64,000 nt of DNA, from the NCBI GenBank assembly GCA_020025875.1, contig JAHHRI010000003.1, forward strand, positions 1,103 to 65,102, in the 5' to 3' direction. This stretch comes from Alphaproteobacteria bacterium. GTDB lineage: Bacteria; Pseudomonadota; Alphaproteobacteria; RF32; CAG-239. The translations under genes were made by a program, and so were the position numbers. Shown here piece after piece: positions 20,126 to 28,324 of this stretch. The stretch's first letter is position 1; each line of letters starts with the position of its first letter. The notes beneath the pieces were generated by a model. It worked only from the letters and a program-made list of their open reading frames with translations. It ran no database searches and was not told where the DNA came from.

Positions 20126-21997
20126 CTATCGAAAAAACGAGAAGTAATAACGCAAAGAAACGCCAAATTCTTCATTGTCGCGTCTCTTGGCATTGTCATC
20201 AAACAAATATTCCGCCGCCAGTCCCCAATCTTTTGTCAGCGACAACCCGACCTCTGCGCGATAGCGCATATATGCGGCAAAACCGGAAGAAGAAAAGCTT
20301 TTTTGCGCCTCCGCCAACAGCCTGAAACGGCTAAAATCGGCAAACAAACCGGTGGTAAGCTCTATGGCGGCATACTGATTGCGCGGCAAAAAATCTCCAT
20401 ATCCGCCGCCAACCCCGCCCAAGGCATAAAAATATAAACAATCGGTGACGGCAAGTGTTTTTCCCGCGCCGATATGACCGTTAAAAATATATTTTCCGCT
20501 GTCGCTGTCGGGAAGCTCATACCGTTCAAGCTGGAGCGAAACGGCAAAAGACAAAGGAGAAAATAATTTGTCGGCAGGAGATAACGAGCTGATGCCGAGA
20601 AGATTAAGTTTGCTTAAAACGGTTTTTTGCGTGCTTTCGTAACGGCGAAACTTGAGCTCCAAAAAGTTAATTTCGGCACCGGAAAGCAAGCCAAAACCAT
20701 CATCACTCAGCGAGTGATAAGCGGGACGGAAAGAAAATTCCTGAAAAACTTGACCGTTTTGGCTGCCCGTGCCGAGCGAAACACGCATAGATTCATGAGC
20801 CGCCGCCGGCAACTTGCCGCTTGGCTGTTCGTCTTTTGCGCCAAGCGGTGTTTTCAGCTGATTTCGGGCAGACAGCAACGCAAAGGTGCGGCGGCGATAT
20901 TCCGCCAAATCGAGCTTTTGGGCAACATACAGATACTGCACATATTGATAAGCCGTTTCCAGCACCTCTGCCCGCTCTGTTGCTTGCAAACCCTCCGTTT
21001 GCGTTTTTCCTTCCGCTGCCGCCGGCAAAAAACGTCGTTGCTCTGCCGTCATTTTTCCGATGTCAAAAAGAATTGCCGATTGCCTTGACGGCCGATAATG
21101 AACCTTCTTAATCAACCCCGCCGTACGATACACCGCCTTAACCGTGTCCAAAGGTATGACCTGCAGCGGAAAACGCTTTGCCAGCATCACTTCGGGGCGT
21201 ACGGCGTCTAAAACTTCCAACAGCATGTATGAACAATTTTTGGTAAAGAAATAATATCGTGTTCGGGTGTGTCCCACCTCCCACAAATGAGCGACCAGCA
21301 TCTCTAATTCGTCAGCGGAAAAGTCCAACTCCAATTCCCAAATATCTCGGTTTTCAATATTGTTATACATATTGATGACATCATAATACGGCTTAATCGT
21401 CCAACCGCCGTAATAACCGCCGACAAGTCCTTTCACGGCATACCACGGGCTTCCCTCATCACCTTCCGTAAAAGCGCCGTACCCGACACCGTGAGCCAGC
21501 AGCTGAGTACCTTTGCGTGCCGTATCAATTCTAAGCAGCGTATGCCCAAACAATGATGACGGATTGTTCATGTAAGCATCGGTAAACAAGAGTGTGGCTC
21601 CTGCCGGCAACAAATCCTTTTTAAATTGTGCAAATTCTTCGCATTCTACACCAACTTTATCAACTAGTCCTTTGTTTTTAAGAAATAAGTATCTTGCCGG
21701 AAACCGACAAATTTTTTCCTTGTCCGCCTTTGCGGCAAACAGGCGCACGGTTGCCTCCAGCTCCGCCTTCGGGTTTGTTCTGCCATCTTTTGCCAAATAA
21801 AAATCTTCGCTGTCAACCGTGCCGCGATATTTTGAAAAAACACCGGCATGATAATGAACAAGTGCCAACCATTGCGGATCTTCCGCCGGCAACGCAGCGC
21901 ACACGACCTCCGTCAAAAAGACACAGCCAAACAAAAAACACAAGGGCAAAAATTTTATAGGCGGGCAACAGGGCATTTTTTGCCTATCTTGGCACAA
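20126..21997 (-). CDS. DUF4105-domain envelope protein (signal peptide; C-terminal region possibly beta-rich)
   Basis: 623 aa with a hydrophobic N-terminus. The DUF4105 signature context reads YMNNPSSLFGHTLLRID...G. The start could instead be the second Met (21976). Confidence 0.6.
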   Translation of the reverse strand: MCQDRQKMPCCPPIKFLPLCFLFGCVFLTEVVCAALPAEDPQWLALVHYHAGVFSKYRGTVDSEDFYLAKDGRTNPKAELEATVRLFAAKADKEKICRFPARYLFLKNKGLVDKVGVECEEFAQFKKDLLPAGATLLFTDAYMNNPSSLFGHTLLRIDTARKGTQLLAHGVGYGAFTEGDEGSPWYAVKGLVGGYYGGWTIKPYYDVINMYNNIENRDIWELELDFSADELEMLVAHLWEVGHTRTRYYFFTKNCSYMLLEVLDAVRPEVMLAKRFPLQVIPLDTVKAVYRTAGLIKKVHYRPSRQSAILFDIGKMTAEQRRFLPAAAEGKTQTEGLQATERAEVLETAYQYVQYLYVAQKLDLAEYRRRTFALLSARNQLKTPLGAKDEQPSGKLPAAAHESMRVSLGTGSQNGQVFQEFSFRPAYHSLSDDGFGLLSGAEINFLELKFRRYESTQKTVLSKLNLLGISSLSPADKLFSPLSFAVSLQLERYELPDSDSGKYIFNGHIGAGKTLAVTDCLYFYALGGVGGGYGDFLPRNQYAAIELTTGLFADFSRFRLLAEAQKSFSSSGFAAYMRYRAEVGLSLTKDWGLAAEYLFDDNAKRRDNEEFGVSLRYYFSFFR

Positions 21998-22012
21998 AAA
22001 GTCAGCAACGAC

Positions 22013-22468
22013 TTAGGCTTTGATAACTTCAAAAATTTTGTTGGTGATATAAACGGCATCGACATTTCCGTCGGGAAAAATCAACGCAAAATTCTGTTGC
22101 GATTTTGCGGCAAATATCCGCTTATCCATATTCAATAGACCTGCCAGCGTGTCCAGCGTTTCTCCCTCGCCGCGGGCAGCGTCCAAAGCATATTGTTCCA
22201 TATTGTTTTCAACAAAGCGCAGCACCATTTTCTGAGTTCCTCCGGTAACGCGCCCATTGGGATCACAACCGGAAGTGCCAAAGGTAATGCCAAAAGTTTG
22301 GCTGCCGGTGGAAGTGTTGGTGGTAACTGCCAAAATTTGCGCCTCCGGTCCGGACACGCCTCGCCAAGCCATTGAGCCAAGCCCGCAACCGGTGCTGTCC
22401 ACCGCTTGAGCCTCGGTTACCGAAAAAGCCAAGACGGCAGCGACAACCGGCATCCAAATTTTTTCCAT
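22013..22468 (-). CDS. DUF3015-family secreted protein
   Basis: I prefer the start at MEKIWMPVV (ATG at 22468), which has GGGAGA 7 nt upstream. Signal peptide ...TEAQA, then GCGLGSM ... TTN.S.GSQTFGITFGTSGC, as I remember for DUF3015. Confidence 0.55.
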   Translation of the reverse strand: MEKIWMPVVAAVLAFSVTEAQAVDSTGCGLGSMAWRGVSGPEAQILAVTTNTSTGSQTFGITFGTSGCDPNGRVTGGTQKMVLRFVENNMEQYALDAARGEGETLDTLAGLLNMDKRIFAAKSQQNFALIFPDGNVDAVYITNKIFEVIKA

Positions 22469-22682
22469 GGTCAGATCTCCCAAAAAGTCAAAGTTATTGC
22501 CTTAATATATCATATACAACTTTCATGTATAGCGAAAAAAAACTTGTTCTCCACAAAATTTGCTTGCCAAAATCTTTTCCTTGTGGTATTTTTGTTTTTA
22601 TCAACTGACAAAAACATTGACTGTGAAAGGTAAACCTTTTCGCAGTCAAATTTTTTAATTTTTTAGCATAGAGGTAAGAAAT

Positions 22683-23153
22683 ATGGATAAGTTCCCTTTA
22701 ACCAAGGAAGGGTTCACTGCACTTGAGCAGGAACTGAAAAATTTGAAAGGCGTCGAACGCCCCAACATCATTGCCGCCATTGCCGAAGCACGTTCCCACG
22801 GAGATCTTTCGGAAAATGCCGAATATTCAGCTGCCAAGGAAAAACAGAGCTTTATCGAAGGGCGCATTCAGGAATTGGAAGCGGTTATCAGCCGCGCACA
22901 AGTTATTGATCCCAGCGCCAACACGGGTGGCACCGTTCGTTTCGGCGCAGTCGTCTTGGTGGTTGACGAAGATACGGACATAGAAAGCAAATACCAAATT
23001 GTCGGCGACTACGAAGCGGATATTGAAAAAAACAAAATTTCCCTTTCTTCGCCGTTGGCAAAAGCCCTCATCGGTAAAGAAGTGGGAGATGTGGCGGAAT
23101 ATACCGCGCCGGGAGGAAAAAAATCGTTTGAGATACTCGAAGTTCTCTACTGA
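22683..23153 (+). CDS. greA: Transcription elongation factor GreA
   Basis: 156 aa: PLT.EG...L..EL..LK.VERP.I...I.EAR.HGDLSENAEY.AAKE.Q..IE.RI.ELE. Confidence 0.95.
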   Translation: MDKFPLTKEGFTALEQELKNLKGVERPNIIAAIAEARSHGDLSENAEYSAAKEKQSFIEGRIQELEAVISRAQVIDPSANTGGTVRFGAVVLVVDEDTDIESKYQIVGDYEADIEKNKISLSSPLAKALIGKEVGDVAEYTAPGGKKSFEILEVLY

Positions 23154-23187
23154 TCCCCTTTAATTTTTGGTGATAAAGAATAAATAT

Positions 23188-23222
23188 AAAACCGGACGAG
23201 ATGAAAAGTCCGGTTTTTGTTT
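23188..23222 (+). terminator. Intrinsic terminator after greA
   Basis: AAACCGGAC-(loop)-GTCCGGTTT followed by TTTGTTTG. Confidence 0.8.
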
Positions 23223-23243
23223 GTTACTTACAGGAGATTTGTC

Positions 23244-23435
23244 ATGAAAAAATCAGAAAAAAAGATAATCATCGAAAATTTTGAAGAAAGATGCGATTGT
23301 CGCGAAGATGATAATTGCGGTTGCTCTTTCCCCAACAACACTCGTCGGGAACAAGAGGCGGAAGCCGCCGTCCGTTCCCAACCCGACAATCATCAGACTT
23401 CTTGCAAAAATCGCTGCGCTTCAAGAAAAGCCTGA
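23244..23435 (+). CDS. Candidate small Cys-rich protein (63 aa)
   Basis: ATG at 23244 is preceded by CAGGAG (7-nt spacer). Sequence: MKKSEKKIIIENFEERCDCREDDNCGCSF... The 3' end overlaps the convergent trxB 3' end by 43 nt. I recognise no homology. Confidence 0.3.
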   Translation: MKKSEKKIIIENFEERCDCREDDNCGCSFPNNTRREQEAEAAVRSQPDNHQTSCKNRCASRKA

Positions 23436-24331
23436 CATCCGGACCCTGCCGCCGTAACCGCCTGCCGATAAACGGAATCCTTCACATCTCCGGCGGCAAA
23501 CACACCCGCCACACTGGTTCGGCAGCTGCCTGCGGCGGTCACGATATATCCCTGATCATCCAATGCAAGCGCATTTTTAAAAATATCGGTATTGGGTTTA
23601 TGCCCAATGGCAATAAACACGCCGTCAACCGCAATATTTTTGTATTTATCTGTTTTTAGGTTTTTAATTCTTATCTCGTTGACACCTTTGGGGGTGTCTC
23701 TGCCCAAAATGTCATCAATCACGCTGTCCCATTCAACGGCAATCTTCGGATTATTTTTGATCCTTTCCTGCAAAACTTTGTCTGCCCGTAACTCATCACG
23801 CCGATGGATCAGCGTAACACGATGAGCAATGCCGGCCAAATACAATGCTTCTTCCGCCGCGGTATTGCCGCCGCCGACAACGGCCACGTCTTTGTTGCGA
23901 TAAAAAAAGCCGTCACAGGTTGCGCATCCGGAAACACCGAAGCCACGATACTTCTCTTCGTTTGGCAACCCCAACCAACGCGCCGACGCACCGGTGGCAA
24001 TGATCACGCTTTCCGCTTTGTAAGAATTGGCACCCTCGGAAACCAGCACAAACGGACGGGAAGAAAAATCGACTTCCGAAATATGATCGTCAATAATCTT
24101 CACGCCGACATTAACCGCCTGATCATGCATCCGCTGCATCAGTTCGCCGCCGTTGATTGGTTCGGGAAACCCAGGAAAGTTCTCCACATCGGTCGTAATC
24201 GTCAACTGTCCGCCTTTCTGAAACCCGCTGACCAACACCGGACACATTCCCGCCCGCGCCGCATAAATGCCCGCCGTATAACCTGCCGGACCGGACCCTA
24301 TAATCAGTAGCTTGGTTTTATATTCTGCCAT
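23393..24331 (-). CDS. trxB: Thioredoxin-disulfide reductase
   Basis: 312 aa. FAD motif IIGSGPAGYTA, redox centre SGCATCDG, NADPH motif VVGGGNTAAEEAL.L. Confidence 0.95.
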   Translation of the reverse strand: MAEYKTKLLIIGSGPAGYTAGIYAARAGMCPVLVSGFQKGGQLTITTDVENFPGFPEPINGGELMQRMHDQAVNVGVKIIDDHISEVDFSSRPFVLVSEGANSYKAESVIIATGASARWLGLPNEEKYRGFGVSGCATCDGFFYRNKDVAVVGGGNTAAEEALYLAGIAHRVTLIHRRDELRADKVLQERIKNNPKIAVEWDSVIDDILGRDTPKGVNEIRIKNLKTDKYKNIAVDGVFIAIGHKPNTDIFKNALALDDQGYIVTAAGSCRTSVAGVFAAGDVKDSVYRQAVTAAGSGCQAFLEAQRFLQEV

Positions 24332-24665
24332 TTTTTTCTCCTTGATATGTTTTACCTCTAAAATACTATTTTAAATTTATCGTTCAAGGTAAAAAAACAA
24401 ATTATGGATTAACTCTGAATAACGGCTTGTTCTGATGCTTTCATTTCTTTTTTCGGAGGCAAACGCTTGCTTTTTCTTTGCTCTTTCATGTTGAATATTC
24501 GGGGAAAAGATGATACTCTGTCGGCAATATATTTTTTATGCCGAGATGATGGTGTTGACAAGCGAATCGCAGATTCTTTGAATGACGAACCGCCGCCATG
24601 GCGACAATGGAAAGAAAAACGCCGCTTACCCAAGCCTCAGTCGGTCGTCAATCGGAGTCAAACCA

Positions 24666-24998
24666 ATGACCAAAGCAGCCAAAACCATCTGGATCGCCGC
24701 CGCCGGCTTTGCTCTCTTTTCGCTTTTTTTCAATCTCCGCCCCATTCCTCAGGAAATGCCAACGCTGTCAAACGGAGAATTTCTCTGCCCGCCGGAAAAA
24801 CAACGCGAGGCCGACAAGCTGAAACCGTCTCCCCGCATGGCGGAAGAACTCCGAAACTATCCCCGACTGATCGAAAACGCTCCCTCCCCGACGGAAGCAT
24901 GGCGTTTAAGCGAAGAAAGCAAGAAAAAAGCCACAAGCTACAATCAACAGGTAAAAGCTTATAACAAATATCTCAGGCAAAACTGCCACAACAATTAA
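24666..24998 (+). CDS. Hypothetical small membrane-anchored protein
   Basis: 110 aa from MTKAAKTIWIAAAGFALFSLFF, with GGAG 9 nt upstream. It has one N-terminal TM helix. The longer overlapping ORFs (24467.., 24582..) have an implausible R/S/P-rich composition upstream of this Met. Confidence 0.45.
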   Translation: MTKAAKTIWIAAAGFALFSLFFNLRPIPQEMPTLSNGEFLCPPEKQREADKLKPSPRMAEELRNYPRLIENAPSPTEAWRLSEESKKKATSYNQQVKAYNKYLRQNCHNN

Positions 24999-25004
24999 AA
25001 GATA

Positions 25005-25271
25005 TTACCTGTTGTGCTTATATTTGATGATGATAAACAAAATAGTGCCCGCAAAACCCAAAGAAATCAGATTAAACAATATCATTTGCAACGAATGCAG
25101 ATAAAAACCGTAAATAATCCAGCAGACCATACCCGTGCAATAAATCACATAACTGATCAACGACAATTCCTGCACGTTTTTGCTTTTTATGGTTCGCAAT
25201 GTCTGCGGCAAAAAACAAGTGGCAATGCAAAGCCCTGCGATATACCCAACAATTTCAGCCAAGATGTTCAT
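25005..25271 (-). CDS. SemiSWEET / PQ-loop family small transporter
   Basis: 88 aa with three TM helices and an LPQ motif in TM1 (CFLPQTLRTIKSK). The size is typical of bacterial SemiSWEET. Confidence 0.7.
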   Translation of the reverse strand: MNILAEIVGYIAGLCIATCFLPQTLRTIKSKNVQELSLISYVIYCTGMVCWIIYGFYLHSLQMILFNLISLGFAGTILFIIIKYKHNR

Positions 25272-25447
25272 CTCATTCTCCTTTTTCCGAACAAAACAAC
25301 CGGTGGTCTTATAACAGCAGCTTCGCTCATTTGCAACCGTTTTAGTTTTTCTCCGATGTTAGGATCATTAAAAACGTTTTTCTCAAATATATTGTTGACA
25401 ACCTGCAAAAAATATGCAATTTACATACTGAAAATTGTTCTTGAAAT

Positions 25448-25524
25448 GCGCTCCTAGCTCAGCAGGATAGAGCAACAGCCTTCTAAGCTGTGGGTCAGAG
25501 GTTCGAATCCTCTGGAGCGCGCCA
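25448..25524 (+). tRNA. tRNA-Arg (anticodon TCT)
   Basis: Hand-folded cloverleaf. Acceptor GCGCTCC/GGAGCGC, D arm GCTC-AGCAGGATA-GAGC, anticodon arm ACAGC-CTTCTAA-GCTGT, T arm AGAGG-TTCGAAT-CCTCT, discriminator G, CCA encoded. Confidence 0.92.
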
Positions 25525-25530
25525 TTTACA

Positions 25531-25560
25531 AACCTTGGGTTTTCCCAGGGTTTTTCTTTT
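25531..25560 (+). terminator. Intrinsic terminator after tRNA-Arg
   Basis: AACCTTGGG-TTTT-CCCAGGGTT (one G-U pair) followed by TTTCTTTT. Confidence 0.65.
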
Positions 25561-25849
25561 GTCTGTTTCCCTGTTTTAACCGCCCCCAATACGGGACTGA
25601 TAACGAACTGCCCCTAACTTCGCACAGGCTTTTAGACTCCTTTACATCACCCCCATCATATTCAGGCACTTCTTTATCGCTGATTTTAACCGGTAACGAC
25701 TTTGGCTCTCCCCACTGATAAAATGCAACACCTTTGTCGGTTTCCCTTGTTTTCAGGGTGTTAAACAAATTGTCAAAGGCGGTAAAGATTTCCGCTTGTT
25801 CCGATTTTTTTTGACATAAGCCAACTGCCGCCACCGTTTTCTCTTGTCG

Positions 25850-25880
25850 GAAAAACAAAAAAAACCGCTCGAAAGCGGTC
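25850..25880 (-). terminator. Intrinsic terminator after tRNA-Pro
   Basis: The minus strand reads ACCGC-TTTCGA-GCGGT followed by TTTTTTTTGTTTTT, a few nt after the CCA end of the tRNA. Confidence 0.7.
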
Positions 25881-25883
25881 GGT

Positions 25884-25960
25884 TGGTCGGGACAGACGGA
25901 TTCGAACCATCGGCATCTTGCTCCCAAAGCAAGCGCTCTACCAGGCTGAGCTATGTCCCG
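25884..25960 (-). tRNA. tRNA-Pro (anticodon TGG)
   Basis: The minus strand reads CGGGACA-TA-GCTC-AGCCTGGTA-GAGC-G-CTTGC-TTTGGGA-GCAAG-ATGCC-GATGG-TTCGAAT-CCGTC-TGTCCCG-A-CCA. Confidence 0.92.
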
Positions 25961-26107
25961 TTATAAGGTTGTTTCTTTCAATAATTATATTCATTCTTCC
26001 GATCCGCCGCATCTTCGGCAACCGAACACGCCACCCTCCGGCTGCATTCGTGATCTCAGTTCGGTTACAATAAATAGCGCAAAAAAAATATTTTGCAACA
26101 GTTTTTT

Positions 26108-26812
26108 TCAGCTTCTCATCAGCAAGCCGTGATCATTGAAGCTAAAAACCATGCTTTTGCTGACGATAAGATGGTCAATCAGGCGAATTTCCACAGCCGC
26201 CAAAGCCTCCGCGATTCTTTTGGTAACCTCAATATCGGCTCTGGAGGGGGTAACATCTCCGGACGGATGGTTATGCACCAAGATCAACGAGGTTGCGCCT
26301 TTCAAAACTGCCGCGCACATCACCTCCCGCGGATGAATGGCCACCGCGTTGACACTTCCCCTTTGTTGGACTTCTTCGCCGATAATGCGGTTTTTGGCGT
26401 TTAGGAAAATAACCCGAAATTCTTCTCTATCCTTATAACCGGAGGCAGCGCGACAATATTCGATAATTGAATCGTAACTCGTCAAAACCGGTGCGTCGGT
26501 CGCACTAAGCTTTTGCCATGTCATTCTCAACGCCGCTTCGCGCACAATTCGAAACACGATGATAGTGTTTTCTTTCAGCCCGCTGAAAGCCGTCAGTTTG
26601 TCGTCGGAGGCAAACAGCACCTCGGCAAAACTGCCAAATTCTTTTATCAGTTCTTTTGCCAGAGGTTTGGTGTCTTTTCTGGGAATAGCCAGCGTCAGCA
26701 GCAACTCCAGCATTTCATAATCTGCCATATCCCCGCCGCCGCCAAGTTTGAATCTTTCTTTTAACCTTTGACGATGCCCCAGATAATCGGGAAGTTCTTT
26801 TTTCATGCTCAT
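26108..26812 (-). CDS. radC: RadC-family JAB-domain protein (UPF0758)
   Basis: 234 aa. N-terminal HhH-like region (GHRQRLKERF...LELLL) and the JAMM motif ILVHNHPSGDVTPSRADI. Confidence 0.9.
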   Translation of the reverse strand: MSMKKELPDYLGHRQRLKERFKLGGGGDMADYEMLELLLTLAIPRKDTKPLAKELIKEFGSFAEVLFASDDKLTAFSGLKENTIIVFRIVREAALRMTWQKLSATDAPVLTSYDSIIEYCRAASGYKDREEFRVIFLNAKNRIIGEEVQQRGSVNAVAIHPREVMCAAVLKGATSLILVHNHPSGDVTPSRADIEVTKRIAEALAAVEIRLIDHLIVSKSMVFSFNDHGLLMRS

Positions 26813-26814
26813 CC

Positions 26815-27618
26815 TTATTTATACGGCGGTTTATCCAACCCTTTCGGAGAATAGGTAAAAACTTCGTACCCGTCTTTGGTAACACCCAGAGAATGTTCAA
26901 ACTGCGCCGAAAGCGACTTATCTCGCGTAACGGCCGTCCACCCGTTAGACATAATAAAGCCATCTTTTTTACCGATATTGATCATCGGTTCGATGGTAAA
27001 AAACATTCCCTCTTCCATCAGCGGACCGGTTCCCTTGCGGCCACAGTGCATTACATTGGGGCTGTCATGAAAAACCCGTCCCAAGCCATGCCCGCAAAAC
27101 ATATCGACCACCGAATAGCCATATTTGTGCGCATATTCTTCAATCACGGCGCCGATATCGCCGAAATGCGCCCCCGGCTTCACCGCTTCAATACCGCGCA
27201 TCAGGCATTCGTAAGTAACATCACACAGGCGCGTGGCTTTCAGCTTTGGTTTTCCGGCATAATACATACGGCTGGTATCTCCGAACCATCCGTCAAGAAT
27301 AACGGTAACGTCAATATTTAAAATATCTCCGGCAGAAAGCTTGCGGTCATCGGGAATACCGTGACAGATCACATGGTTGAGCGAGATACAGGTAGATTTC
27401 GGATAACCGTGATAACCGAGGCAAGCGGGAACGGCACCATGATCTTCAATATATTTCCGACACAAATCGTCAAGTTCGCCGGTTGTGACACCGACATCGA
27501 CATAATCGGTAATATAATCCAGAACTTCCGCCGCCAACTTCCCTGCCCGCCGCATTTTTTCAAAATCGTCCGGATTGTAAACGACAATCCCGTCTTTGGT
27601 TTTTCTTGTCAATTGCAC
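26815..27618 (-). CDS. map: Type I methionine aminopeptidase
   Basis: 267 aa. Metal ligands sit in the motifs ICHGIP, GDILNIDVT, GHGLGR.FH, FTIEPM and AQFEH. Confidence 0.95.
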   Translation of the reverse strand: MQLTRKTKDGIVVYNPDDFEKMRRAGKLAAEVLDYITDYVDVGVTTGELDDLCRKYIEDHGAVPACLGYHGYPKSTCISLNHVICHGIPDDRKLSAGDILNIDVTVILDGWFGDTSRMYYAGKPKLKATRLCDVTYECLMRGIEAVKPGAHFGDIGAVIEEYAHKYGYSVVDMFCGHGLGRVFHDSPNVMHCGRKGTGPLMEEGMFFTIEPMINIGKKDGFIMSNGWTAVTRDKSLSAQFEHSLGVTKDGYEVFTYSPKGLDKPPYK

Positions 27619-27735
27619 GCTCCTTGCTTAAACTTTTTTATTGTTATATTTACACCTGCCACCTTTTTTTTGCAACAGCTTTTCTTGAATATCCGCATAT
27701 ATCGCTTATATCAAAAACAAAAAGAAGGAAAAACG

Positions 27736-28224
27736 ATGGCAGATGTGCGCAAATTTCTTTACTGTTTGTTGATGAGCGTTTTTACTCTGGTTGTTTGCGC
27801 CTATTTCAACCACAACGGAGTCAATACGTGGTATCAAGAAATAACCAAACCGCCCCTAACCCCGCCCGACTATGTTTTTTCAGTCGTCTGGGGGCTGATC
27901 TATCTCCTGATGACCATTGCTTTTTATCTGGCATTTGTCAACATTTCCTCTCAACGAGAAAGTTCCCGCATCAACGGGCTTTTTGTCAACCAACTGTTTC
28001 TGCACATTTTGTGGACTTTTGCCTTTTTTTATAGCGGTCACCAAGGACTTGCCCTGATTGTTGTTATCGTGCTAAACCTTGTGGTTTTCAAAACCATTTG
28101 GCGGTTTTGGCGTATATCTCCCGCTTCCGCATGGCTGTTAGTGCCTTATCAAGGCTGGTTGCTGTTTGCCGCATGGCTCAACGCCGGATTTGTTTATCTG
28201 CACGGATATTCGGTAATTTTTTAG
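27736..28224 (+). CDS. tspO: TspO/MBR tryptophan-rich sensory protein
   Basis: 162 aa from ATG at 27736. The track ORF extends upstream over map on the opposite strand. Five TM helices with motifs WY..L.KPP..PP..VF..VW..IY.LM ... N..W...FF ... PY..W..FA..LN. Confidence 0.85.
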   Translation: MADVRKFLYCLLMSVFTLVVCAYFNHNGVNTWYQEITKPPLTPPDYVFSVVWGLIYLLMTIAFYLAFVNISSQRESSRINGLFVNQLFLHILWTFAFFYSGHQGLALIVVIVLNLVVFKTIWRFWRISPASAWLLVPYQGWLLFAAWLNAGFVYLHGYSVIF

Positions 28225-28324
28225 AACAAATGCCAATTTTCTATGGACAGATAAAGAAGATTGCATTAAAAGTTAGGGTTAGTTTTTTTAAGTCCCATTT
28301 AATGTATTTGGAAAGAAATTGGTT

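Noticed and set aside
24467-24964. 165-aa + strand ORF and the 74-aa minus-strand ORF 24409..24633 in the trxB upstream region
   Set aside because: The composition is R/S/P-rich with no RBS. The overlapping 110-aa frame starting at 24666, which has a TM helix and an RBS, is the more plausible gene.
25526-25927. 133-aa minus-strand ORF as annotated in the track
   Set aside because: Its N-terminal part is the antisense-frame translation of tRNA-Pro and its terminator. Only the distal part is discussed, with low confidence, as a possible remnant.
27361-27735. N-terminal extension of the TspO ORF (track ORF 27361..28224)
   Set aside because: It overlaps the map gene on the opposite strand and has junk-like composition. 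TspO homology begins at the Met at 27736.
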